NCBI GenBank assembly: GCA_030651815.1
Contig: JAUSBW010000271.1
Location: forward strand, 4,137 to 68,136
DNA: 64,000 bases
Direction: 5' to 3'
Source of the DNA: Methanoregula sp.
GTDB lineage: Archaea; Halobacteriota; Methanomicrobia; Methanomicrobiales; Methanospirillaceae
Numbering within the stretch: the stretch's first letter is position 1; each line of letters begins with the position of its first letter. The notes beneath the pieces were generated by a model. It was not told the origin of the DNA, did not search any database, and saw nothing but the letters and a program-made list of their open reading frames with translations. Of this stretch, positions 19,447-27,998 are shown one piece after another. The position numbers were made by a program, and so were the translations under genes.

Positions 19447-19793
19447 GAGCCGGAGAGGCGCATGATCGCTTCTGCGATATCGCCTTTGGTCGCGACAAGA
19501 GCTTCTTTTGCCTTCTCTTCAGAAACTTTTGCCTGTGCCGCCACCATGGTGATATCCTCTTTTAAGATCTCTGCCGCTGCCGGTTCAAACCGGACATCCC
19601 CGACAACCTGGTACGTGGTGGTTCCCTGCATGGTCATAGCAGACACTTCTGCAGAATCAAAGATGTAATTGCCCTTTGGTGTCTTGATGACAATACTCTG
19701 CACGTCTTCAATCGGCTCGACATTCATGCCGAGCTTCTTCATCATCGCCTTCATCTGGCGTGGATTGATATTTCCCGGAAGCATCTTTTTCAC
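19443..19793 (-). CDS. nac: nascent polypeptide-associated complex protein
   Basis: N-terminal NPRQMKAMMKKLGM, NAC domain, C-terminal UBA-like EEKAKEALVATKGDIAEAIMRL. Confidence 0.9.
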   Translation of the reverse strand: MKKMLPGNINPRQMKAMMKKLGMNVEPIEDVQSIVIKTPKGNYIFDSAEVSAMTMQGTTTYQVVGDVRFEPAAAEILKEDITMVAAQAKVSEEKAKEALVATKGDIAEAIMRLSGS

Positions 19794-20262
19794 TACCCTG
19801 CCGTACTCTTACAGCTACTCCATAATTAAATGCAAGCATCTCTATGCCTGAAACGACCGCTGCGCCGCAGGCAATCAGGCGATCTTCACCTGCAACGACC
19901 ATCACGTCATCGCCCGCGCGGATTTCTGGATCAGCTGCGATCACATGTTTTGCAAACGCATTCTTACCCTTTGCCACGAACTCTGCAACATCCTCCCTGA
20001 TGACCACCCTGTAGGCCGGTACGGGCAGGCAGGCATGGAGGCGTTTTGCCCCAACGATTCCCAGCGTCAGCCTGCCGTCCGAAGCCCGGACGGTTGCGAG
20101 ACGCACGCCATCAAACCCAATCTGGCGGATACGCCCGGTGGTGGAGTAGATGAACGCGCAGCCTTCGGGAAATAGCCCTGTTCCCGCCAGCCCGCCGAAC
20201 TGGTGATCAGCGATTGCCTGAACCCGCCGCAGCGAACTGTTCTCCGAGTATCCTGTTGACAC
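19708..20262 (-). CDS. PUA-domain protein (archaeal conserved)
   Basis: LRRVQAIADHQFG...TGRIRQI...FAKHVIAADPEIRAGDDVMVV...GVAVRVRQG, typical of the stand-alone archaeal PUA protein. The 3' tail overlaps nac by 86 nt. Confidence 0.75.
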   Translation of the reverse strand: MSTGYSENSSLRRVQAIADHQFGGLAGTGLFPEGCAFIYSTTGRIRQIGFDGVRLATVRASDGRLTLGIVGAKRLHACLPVPAYRVVIREDVAEFVAKGKNAFAKHVIAADPEIRAGDDVMVVAGEDRLIACGAAVVSGIEMLAFNYGVAVRVRQGSEKDASGKYQSTPDEGDDEEARHECRAD

Positions 20263-21607
20263 GAATCACAAACTCCTCTTCTGCTGTTTTCGGGATATAC
20301 GCGCCCGCCGCGATCTTGTGCCCCCCGCCCCCGCCGCCATACTCTGCTGAAGCGCAGTTGAGCGCCTGCTGGAGATCGATTCCCTGTTCCACCACGCGTT
20401 CATTGGTTCTCATGGATACCTTGGTAAGATTGGGATCTTCGGGCACCTCGCACATGATCAGGATAGGTTTTTTGGCATTGAGTTTCGAGAGTGCCATACC
20501 TGCCCCGATACCCACAATGGTATCCGGGTATCGCCCGCCCACATGGAGATACTGGAGATTTTCGAGTTCTTTAACGCCGGTATCAATGATGTACTCGAGC
20601 AGGTTTCTGATGATCGCACGGTGGTTTTTTAACATGTGCTCGGCTTCCCGGTACGCAGTACCGCGATCCCCGCGCAGGATAGCACTCCCGATCTGCGGTT
20701 TTGCCCAGCGACCACATGCATTGAGCACAGTCGCATACTCCTGTGCATTGCGGAGCGGCGTGCGGGGGGTTTCATCAGGGAACCCATAGGTCTCGGCAAA
20801 GAGCCGGTCCACCTTTTCACCGTTTGCGATCAGCTGCTCTGCGAGTGCGGAGATGATGATACGCTTTTCTTCCTGAGAGATCTCTTCCCAGACATACCAG
20901 CGGCCATTTTCCGTCTGCTGCCGGATGCCGAGTTTCTTTAAGAACTGTCGGGCGCCTTCGGGATTGTTGCTGATCCCATGGACGAACGGATCATCGTTGT
21001 AGGTAAGGGAGAGATGCACCGGGCGCGTAGCGGTGCCGTAACAGTTGAGATCGCGTTTGTGTACCTCGACATTGCCGTGGCGTACCCCGTCTTTCACGAT
21101 AATATCGCGCGCAGGGCCGACGAGCCCGCACTTCTCCCGGGCCATCATATCGCCAACGTTACCGACAATGGCGAGTTTGGCGAGATCGGTATTTGCCGAG
21201 TCCAGCTGCTTTGCGATCAGGTACGAGACACCGGCAGCGCTCATACGGTCATAGCCGTATGGCAGGCAGTTCACCTGCGTGTATTGCCGTTCGCAGGGCT
21301 GGCTTACGTGGTGATCAACGATAAGCACTTCTTTTTCTGAAAAACCGCGTTCCATAAACAGGTTCTGCTGACCCGCGCCGAGATCAGAAAAAACCTTGAG
21401 CGTATTATCCGAGGGCACCTGAGGCATGGTCAGGGGTTCGAGTTGCCGGACAAAAACCGATTTTACACGGATTTCCTGCCGCGAGATTGCCTGCGAAAGT
21501 ATCGCTTCGCACGAGATACCGTCAGCGTCGATGTGCGAGATGATGGTAATTTCGGGCGCATCCGCGATCTGCTCTGCGGCTGCTTTCACATCATCGCTAA
21601 AACCCAT
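20207..21607 (-). CDS. DHH/DHHA1 phosphoesterase, archaeal RecJ/GAN-like
   Basis: ISHIDADGIS, IVDHHVS (DHH) and the DHHA1 glycine motif YGGGGGGHKIAAG. Confidence 0.85.
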   Translation of the reverse strand: MGFSDDVKAAAEQIADAPEITIISHIDADGISCEAILSQAISRQEIRVKSVFVRQLEPLTMPQVPSDNTLKVFSDLGAGQQNLFMERGFSEKEVLIVDHHVSQPCERQYTQVNCLPYGYDRMSAAGVSYLIAKQLDSANTDLAKLAIVGNVGDMMAREKCGLVGPARDIIVKDGVRHGNVEVHKRDLNCYGTATRPVHLSLTYNDDPFVHGISNNPEGARQFLKKLGIRQQTENGRWYVWEEISQEEKRIIISALAEQLIANGEKVDRLFAETYGFPDETPRTPLRNAQEYATVLNACGRWAKPQIGSAILRGDRGTAYREAEHMLKNHRAIIRNLLEYIIDTGVKELENLQYLHVGGRYPDTIVGIGAGMALSKLNAKKPILIMCEVPEDPNLTKVSMRTNERVVEQGIDLQQALNCASAEYGGGGGGHKIAAGAYIPKTAEEEFVIRVNRILGEQFAAAGSGNR

Positions 21608-21651
21608 TGCATAGTATTTAGTGAGGTTCCTACAGATGAATTGTACGGGAA

Positions 21652-23046
21652 ATGTTGCCGTTTACGATTGATGGGTTCCTTAAGGCGGGGATCATCAGCC
21701 CTGCCCGGATGCGTGCGGTGGATAAAAACGCCATTGCGCTCGGTGTGACAGAGCTCCAGCTGATGGAGAGCGCCGGAAGGGCGCTCGCAGACATGGCTCA
21801 TGCAGACTCGCCCGCCCGGGTGCTTGTAATCTGTGGCAGGGGCAATAATGGCGGGGATGGGATGGTTGCCGCCCGGCACCTCCAGCGCGGTGTGGATACC
21901 GATGTGTGTTATCTCGATTACGGAAAACGAAGCGCTGGCTGCGAACACCAGCTCAGCGCGCTGAAACACTGCCGTGTCGGACTGTACCCGTTCACCTGCC
22001 GTGATGATCTTGAGGTGTTGCACCCACTGTTTGAAAAGGCGGATCTGATCATTGACGCTATGCTGGGAATCGGTGCTTCGGGTGAAGTGACAGAGCCGTT
22101 AAAGTCCTGCGTGAATATGGCAAATGCATCGCGGGCAAAGATTATCGCAGCTGATGTGCCGACACCGGGCATGCGGGCGGATCGTATCTGCGCTTTTTAC
22201 CGGGCAAAGTGTGAAGGTTCAACGGTGGTCGATATCGGCATTCCGGTTGAAGCGGAGTGCTGTGTCGGGCCCGGAGATCTCACCCTCCTTCGGCCCCGCC
22301 ATCGTAAGGCACATAAAGGGCATGGCGGTGAAGTGCTGGTGATTGGCGGCGGGCCCTACCAGGGGGCTCCCTACCTTGCCGGGCTGGGAGCATTACGGGC
22401 AGGTGCTGATATTGTCCGGATAGCTTCTCCGGTCTTTGAACCGGTGCCCGACCTGATTTATGAACGGCTCGATGGAAAAAAGATAGGTGAGGAACATACC
22501 GAACTCCTGATCACCCTTGCCGGGCGTGCAGATGTTGTTGTCTGCGGGAACGGGCTCGGGACGGAGAGCCATGCAGTGGTAACTGCCATTGCCCCGCACT
22601 GCAAGCGTGCCGTCTTTGATGCCGATGCCCTCAGGCTCCCGCTTCCGGCTGCGCAGGAAGAGACGATCTATACCCCGCATGCCGGTGAATTTGCCCGGAT
22701 AACCGGAAAAACCCTGCCTATGGATACGATCGGGCGTGCCCATGCGGCCCGGGGTGCAGGGATCTGCGGAACGCTTCTTCTCAAGGGTCACATCGATGTG
22801 ATCACGGATGGCACGCGGGTGCGGTTCAACCGTACGGGGGACCCTGCTATGACTGTCGGAGGCACTGGAGATGTGCTAGCGGGAGTTGCGGGCGCTCTTC
22901 TCTGCCATCTGCCCGCGTTCGATGCCGCCTGCATTGCCGCGTACGTGAATGGCAGGGCAGGAGAACGGGTTGCAGCGGAACGCGGGAGCGGTATGCTGGC
23001 ATCGGATCTCGTGGACAGGATTCCGGCAGAATTATTCAGGACTTGA
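21652..23046 (+). CDS. nnr: bifunctional NAD(P)H-hydrate epimerase / ADP-dependent dehydratase
   Basis: YjeF_N motif CGRGNNGGDG, and a C-terminal carbohydrate-kinase domain with GGTGDVLAG. Confidence 0.9.
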   Translation: MLPFTIDGFLKAGIISPARMRAVDKNAIALGVTELQLMESAGRALADMAHADSPARVLVICGRGNNGGDGMVAARHLQRGVDTDVCYLDYGKRSAGCEHQLSALKHCRVGLYPFTCRDDLEVLHPLFEKADLIIDAMLGIGASGEVTEPLKSCVNMANASRAKIIAADVPTPGMRADRICAFYRAKCEGSTVVDIGIPVEAECCVGPGDLTLLRPRHRKAHKGHGGEVLVIGGGPYQGAPYLAGLGALRAGADIVRIASPVFEPVPDLIYERLDGKKIGEEHTELLITLAGRADVVVCGNGLGTESHAVVTAIAPHCKRAVFDADALRLPLPAAQEETIYTPHAGEFARITGKTLPMDTIGRAHAARGAGICGTLLLKGHIDVITDGTRVRFNRTGDPAMTVGGTGDVLAGVAGALLCHLPAFDAACIAAYVNGRAGERVAAERGSGMLASDLVDRIPAELFRT

Positions 23047-23065
23047 ATGCAGGCAGAGTGAGTAC

Positions 23066-23533
23066 ATGGTCGAGTTTACCCATATTCAGGATGACAAGGC
23101 ACAGATGGTGGATATCAGCGGCAAGGGAGATGTGGTGCGCGAAGCAGTTGCAGCCGGTAAAATTTACTTACGGCCGGCCACACTCGCCGCAATACGTGAG
23201 GGGGCAGTTGTGAAAGGCAATGTGCTTGCCACTGCCCGTGTTGCTGCAACGCTCTCGGTGAAGAACACTCCCAACCTGATCCCGATGTGCCATTCCATTC
23301 CCATCAGTGCGATTGCCGTGGATTTCTCTGATGGAGATGGTTACATTGAGGCCAGTGTGCGGGTAAAGTCAGCCGGAAAGACCGGTGTTGAGATGGAGGC
23401 CCTGACCGGAGTGTCTGTCGCACTGCTCACCATCTGGGATATGGTGAAGTCTGCGGAGAAGGATGCGGACGGGCAATACCCGGTCACCCGGATTGAAGAT
23501 ATCCGGGTGATTGAGAAGAAGAAGGGGAAATGA
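23066..23533 (+). CDS. moaC: cyclic pyranopterin monophosphate synthase
   Basis: [35 protein letters not shown]. Start placed at the internal ATG (MVEFTH); the track ORF upstream overlaps nnr. Confidence 0.9.
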   Translation: [155 protein letters not shown]

Positions 23534-23615
23534 ACCAGATTTTATGTCGTGATTTGACTAAATATCAGAACTTATTTTTTGGGGTATGTGACGGCTCATG
23601 AAGGAACGCAGGTTG

Positions 23616-24035
23616 TCAGAAACTAAGATTTTCAGGGATGGTTGCAGAACAACCATCGATCCGGTTGAAGTGTTCGCAGTTTCTGGTTACGATCTCACGC
23701 ATTCCCAATGATTGTGCGGTGGCGGCGATCAGGCAGTCGTTGAATTCAATTTTCCTCCCGGCTTTTGAGAGTTTTGCATAAATTCTTCCGCCGGCCATTG
23801 CAACAGATTCGTCAAGTTCAACGATCCGGACATAGGCAAGAAGTTCTTCGGTCTTTTTCATCGCATCATTCCGTGGAGAGAGTGCAGCACCTGCGCTGAG
23901 ATCGGCGATCGTGATAACTGAGATAATCCCGGTATTTTTTTCTTCAGAAAAACTTTCGAAGAGTTCAAAAGACTTCTGGGGTCCGTTCGTCCGGAGCACA
24001 TCAACGCAGATACTGGTGTCCAGAAAAAAGTTCAT
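23616..24035 (-). CDS. vapC: PIN-domain toxin
   Basis: MNFFLDTSICVDVL N-terminus with the PIN Asp, C-terminal IVTRNCEHF. ATGA overlap with the upstream antitoxin. Confidence 0.85.
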   Translation of the reverse strand: MNFFLDTSICVDVLRTNGPQKSFELFESFSEEKNTGIISVITIADLSAGAALSPRNDAMKKTEELLAYVRIVELDESVAMAGGRIYAKLSKAGRKIEFNDCLIAATAQSLGMREIVTRNCEHFNRIDGCSATIPENLSF

Positions 24036-24235
24036 AATGGTTCGATCGTTCTGGATTTTCGCAGGGTATCAACAAAGTCTGCACTATCCACATCATAACC
24101 CCAAGCTCCACAGAGTGATGTGATTGGTTTTTTGTCGATAATTTTTATGAAAACCTCATCACCGGTTTTTGTCGGAATTCCCGTCTCAAGTTCGAGGTGG
24201 AAGCCATCGATGACTTTTGCTTTTATTGTTGTCAT
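24032..24235 (-). CDS. vapB: small antitoxin (DUF104/AF2212-like)
   Basis: 67 aa. MTTIKAKVIDGFHLELE...GDEVFIKI resembles the DUF104-type antitoxin beta-barrel. Translationally coupled to vapC. Confidence 0.65.
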   Translation of the reverse strand: MTTIKAKVIDGFHLELETGIPTKTGDEVFIKIIDKKPITSLCGAWGYDVDSADFVDTLRKSRTIEPL

Positions 24236-24370
24236 ACCGGATACCGTACACTACGTATCACGCCCATTGCCATTAAGATTTGTGCGAATGGACGGGGTTT
24301 GCGAATTATACGTGAAGCACAGGTTTATTTTTAAAAGGACAAAAGGTACATTTAGACTAAAAAGGAGAAT

Positions 24371-24652
24371 ATGACCATGGCAAAGAACACCACCCCTCTT
24401 ACCGAGAAAGTACTCGTTTCGACGGACACCAAACAAGCCCTGATGTCTATCAAGGAGCCGGGGGAACGGTACGGGGATGTGATTGGCCGGGTGTTGCAGG
24501 ACCGGAAGCGTCATGACTTCATTGCACACCTGGACAAGATCGCAGAGGAAGGAGAATTCGTTCCGCTTGACAGCGATCCCGAATACGCAAGCCTGAAAAA
24601 AGAGATGCGCCATGACAGTAAACATCGACAAGCTGGCGCTGCAGTACGTTAA
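24371..24652 (+). CDS. putative antitoxin of RelE-type pair
   Basis: 93 aa, upstream of and overlapping the RelE-like ORF. Same architecture as 16455-16661. Confidence 0.5.
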   Translation: MTMAKNTTPLTEKVLVSTDTKQALMSIKEPGERYGDVIGRVLQDRKRHDFIAHLDKIAEEGEFVPLDSDPEYASLKKEMRHDSKHRQAGAAVR

Positions 24653-24878
24653 CGGTCTGCCAGAGAAGGATCGCAGGATCGTCAAGCAGCAGTTGCTGAA
24701 ACTTGAAGATCCGTATATTGCCACGGATGTGGAGTTGTTGCAGAACGGTCACTGCCGGATGCATATCGCCCATACCTATACTGCGTTCTTCGATGTTCTG
24801 TCCGGGGGCATTGTGAACATTCTCGAAGTGATGACGGTTGAGGAAGCGCATAAGCGGTACAAGCGGTTTGGGAGGTAA
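24612..24878 (+). CDS. relE: RelE/ParE-superfamily toxin
   Basis: 88 aa. CRMHIAHTYTAFFDVLSGGIVNILEVMTVEEAHKRY parallels the toxin at 16658. Confidence 0.7.
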   Translation: MTVNIDKLALQYVNGLPEKDRRIVKQQLLKLEDPYIATDVELLQNGHCRMHIAHTYTAFFDVLSGGIVNILEVMTVEEAHKRYKRFGR

Positions 24879-25046
24879 CCGTACCGGGCAGGGGTAACCC
24901 GGAATAAAAATCCTGATATCCCTGATGTATTGGGAGTTCCCTCCAGTTCCCCATCCGGAAGATTCATGATTTTGTTAGATTTTCCCCACTCGTAATAGGT
25001 AATTTTATCTATTTTTATCCATTATACTGATTAAGATGTGCAGATT

Positions 25047-26315
25047 ATGACAGTCCGTGACATCATTCTCGTCCAGGAGCGGGACCTGAAACGAACCCTT
25101 GACGAACCCTACATCGAACGGGTGACCGGGATAACCGGAGCAGACAGTCCCCTCATCAAGGTGATAATCGGTCCGCGCCGGGCAGGAAAATCATTCTTTG
25201 CCATCCACCATCTCTCCCGCAACCGGAATTTCGGGTATGTCAACTTCGATGACGAGAGACTGGCCGATCTTCCCGATTATGACGAGATCCTTGTCGCAGT
25301 CGACTCCGTGTACGGGAACCCGAAAGCACTGCTTCTCGACGAGATCCAGAATCTCCCAAAATGGGAGATCTTCGTCAACCGCCTTGCCCGGCAAGGATAT
25401 GATCTCGTTATCACCGGAAGCAACTCGCACCTGCTCAGCTCCGAGCTTGCCACCCATCTCACGGGGCGTTACCTCCAGACGACCATCATGCCGTTTTCCT
25501 TCCGCGAGTACCTCAGCCTCTCGCCGCATGAACTTACCACGCAGGAGAAAGTATCGGCCCTGTACCAGTATGCACAGGGTGGTGGGTTTCCCGAACCGCT
25601 GGTAAAAAAATTTCCTGCACGCGATTACCTTGTCACCCTGTTCGATTCCATAGTGTACAAGGACATCGTCAGGAGGTTCCGCATCCGTTCGGTGCAGGGC
25701 ATCGAAGACCTTGCCATGTACCTCCTGTCCAACGTAGCATCCGAATATTCCTATACATCACTTGCCCGGGTCACCCGGAGCAAAAGCCCGATGACCGTCC
25801 GGAAATATCTTAATTATCTTGAGGAAGCCTTCCTCTTCTTCTCCCTCCCCCGGTTCTCGTTCAAGGTCAGAGAGCAGGTTGCGGCAAACAAGAAGATCTA
25901 CTGCACGGACACCGGCTTTGTTGCGGCAAAGGCGTTCCGTGTCTCGGAGAACCGCGGGAAGATGTACGAGAATCTCGTTGCCATCGAGATGTGGAGATTG
26001 CAGCAGCAGAACGAAGCGTCGGTCTGGTACTGGAAGAACGCCCAGCAGGAGGAGGTGGATTTTGTCGTTCAGCAGGAGAACCGGATCATGGCGCTCATCC
26101 AGGTCTGCGCTGAGCTGCACGATGAGCGGACACGGTCCCGCGAGATCCGGGCTCTGCTCAAGGCTTCACGCGAGCTGCTGTGCAATAATCTCCTCATTCT
26201 TTCGGAACAGGAGGAGAAGATCGAAGAGGCCGAGTGGTTCGGGATGAAGGGGACGATCCGGTATGTGCCGCTCTGGAAATGGCTGGAGAGGCCGGATATT
26301 AAGGATACCGGATAA
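25047..26315 (+). CDS. AAA+ ATPase with DUF4143 domain (COG1373-like)
   Basis: Walker A GPRRAGKS, Walker B LLLDEIQ, and a C-terminal nuclease-like/DUF4143 region. A GTG at 25038 is an alternative start. Confidence 0.85.
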   Translation: MTVRDIILVQERDLKRTLDEPYIERVTGITGADSPLIKVIIGPRRAGKSFFAIHHLSRNRNFGYVNFDDERLADLPDYDEILVAVDSVYGNPKALLLDEIQNLPKWEIFVNRLARQGYDLVITGSNSHLLSSELATHLTGRYLQTTIMPFSFREYLSLSPHELTTQEKVSALYQYAQGGGFPEPLVKKFPARDYLVTLFDSIVYKDIVRRFRIRSVQGIEDLAMYLLSNVASEYSYTSLARVTRSKSPMTVRKYLNYLEEAFLFFSLPRFSFKVREQVAANKKIYCTDTGFVAAKAFRVSENRGKMYENLVAIEMWRLQQQNEASVWYWKNAQQEEVDFVVQQENRIMALIQVCAELHDERTRSREIRALLKASRELLCNNLLILSEQEEKIEEAEWFGMKGTIRYVPLWKWLERPDIKDTG

Positions 26316-26460
26316 GTATCCGTAGATTCTTTCTCACGAATATTTCACAACCTGTTTACCGCATTGCACGGAATTTTTCTATCCTATGGCCGGACGCCTG
26401 ATTTTCCCTGAGAACCTGAGGAGGCCACTACTTGTAGCGGTTGCTTTGTGCATCATGATG

Positions 26461-26583
26461 GTGTCTGTCGCATTGCTCACCATCTGGGACAGGGTGAAGT
26501 CTGCGGAAAAGGATGCGGACGGGTAGTATCCGGTCACCCGGATTGAGGGGATACGGGTGATAGAGAAGAAGAAGGGGAAGTGA
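26461..26583 (+). pseudogene. moaC: moaC 3'-terminal fragment
   Basis: Translates to [39 protein letters not shown]. It is homologous to the last 40 codons of moaC but has an in-frame TAG at 26524-26526 and no 5' part. Confidence 0.8.
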
Positions 26584-26707
26584 ACCAGATTTGCTCTTGT
26601 GATGGGAAGAGATATCTGGAATTTGCTTTTTTTGGTTTTTGAGGAACCGGTTTTCCCATGTTGATTCACTTTGGGGTACGTGCCGGTTCACTGAGGAACA
26701 CAGGTTA

Positions 26708-27127
26708 TCAGAAATTGAGTTTTTCAGGTATGATTGCTGAACAACCATCGATCCGGTTGAAGTGCTCACAGTTTCTGGTTACGATCTCACTTATTCCCAA
26801 CGATTGTGCGGTGGCGGCGATCAGGCAGTCATTGAATTCAATTTTCTTCCCGGCTTTTGAGAGTTTTGCATAAATTTTCCCGCCGGCCATTGCAACAGAT
26901 TCGTCAAGTTCAACGATCCGGACATAGGCAAGAAGTTCTTCGGTCTTTTTCATCGCATCATTCCGTGGAGAGAGTGCAGCACCTGCGCTGAGCTCTGCGA
27001 TCGTGATCACTGAGATAATCCCGGTATTTTTATCATCAGAAAAACTTTCGAAGAGTTCAAAGGACATCTGGGGTCCGTTCGTCCGGAGCACATCAACGCA
27101 GATACTGGTGTCCAGAAAAAAGTTTAT
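26708..27127 (-). pseudogene. vapC: vapC copy with lost ATG start
   Basis: About 90 percent identical by eye to the protein at 23616-24035. The position equivalent to the ATG reads ATA (T at 27125 versus C at 24033). The next start (GTG 27091) would delete the N-terminal FLDTS Asp. Confidence 0.65.
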
Positions 27128-27327
27128 AATGGTTCGATCGTTCTGGATTTCCGCAGGGTATCAACAAAGTCTGCACTATCCACATCATAACGCCAAGATC
27201 CGCGGAGTGATGCGTTCGGTTTTTTCTCGATAATTCTTATGAAAACCTCATCACCGGTTTTTGTCGGGATTCCCTTCTCAAGCTCGAGGTGGAAGCCATC
27301 GATGACTTTTGCTTTTATTGTTGTCAT
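27124..27327 (-). CDS. vapB: small antitoxin copy (DUF104-like)
   Basis: 67 aa, intact paralogue of 24032-24235. Its stop codon is TAA instead of TGA, through the same substitution that removes the vapC start. Confidence 0.65.
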   Translation of the reverse strand: MTTIKAKVIDGFHLELEKGIPTKTGDEVFIRIIEKKPNASLRGSWRYDVDSADFVDTLRKSRTIEPL

Positions 27328-27998
27328 ACCGGGTACCGTACACTACGTATCACGCCCGTTGCCATTAAGGTTTGTACGAGGAATTAGGGAGTTGATACTC
27401 CCATACCTCCTGATTACGATGAATGTCGTTACCCTTGACGGGGCGCCCCCACGGCGGTTCGGAACGGTTAAGCCCTTTTCCAATCTGCCCAATGAGGCCC
27501 CGACAAAATAACGGAGCAACCCATTGGGGGGTGGGAGCCTGTCCTGCTGAGGACGGGGGGGTAGGGGGTCCCTCGCTCTTTTTAGAGAGGGGGTGGGTAC
27601 CCCTTCAGGCCTATGAGAGGCCCCCCCTTCACTGAAGCTGATGTTTGATGATGATCATGGGAAAATGCCGAACTGACAACTATGCAAATAAAATATCACA
27701 ATCTCTTTTCCGCGTAGCACGGATTTTTTCTAAACCTAATTGCGCTCCTGATTTCATCTGAGGGTTTCAACAAAGTCGTTTTTGATTTTTAATTTTAAAA
27801 ATTGATTTGTATTTTCCAAGATTTCTTTCTCTAAATGGATTATTTCATCTTCGGCATATGATTTATTGCTTGCCCAAGAGAACCGCCAACAGAAACGCGA
27901 TGGTAAGGATCTGCTGTCTATTGTGGTAGATTGATCTGCAGGTACAAGCCTGACATCAAATAAGAAAATATATCGTCACTCAAATGAAAAGAGGGGAT

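Larger units (their letters stand above)
23411..24286. repeat. direct repeat copy 1 (moaC 3' end + vapBC)
   Basis: Aligns by eye with 26461-27378, roughly nine in ten positions identical in the coding parts. One ~40-nt indel lies in the moaC-vapC spacer. Confidence 0.85.
26461..27378. repeat. direct repeat copy 2 (moaC fragment + vapBC copy)
   Basis: See 23411-24286. The offset between copies is 3050 nt at the left end and 3092 nt at the right end. Confidence 0.85.

Noticed and set aside
22949-23065. 117-nt upstream extension of the moaC ORF overlapping nnr, and similarly 15421-15591 upstream of the DUF169-like gene and 36313-36402 upstream of the HD gene.
   Set aside because: The conserved protein starts match the internal ATGs. 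The extensions overlap neighbouring genes or have non-coding-like composition.
27480-27535. Resemblance of ...GGCCCCGACAAAATAACGGAGCAACCC... to the SRP RNA helix-8 GGAGCAAC motif, and of the whole GC-rich segment to a structured RNA gene.
   Set aside because: Only a 9-nt match. No SRP Alu-domain or helix-5 pairing, and no RNase P conserved regions, could be traced. Kept only as an unexplained GC-rich segment.
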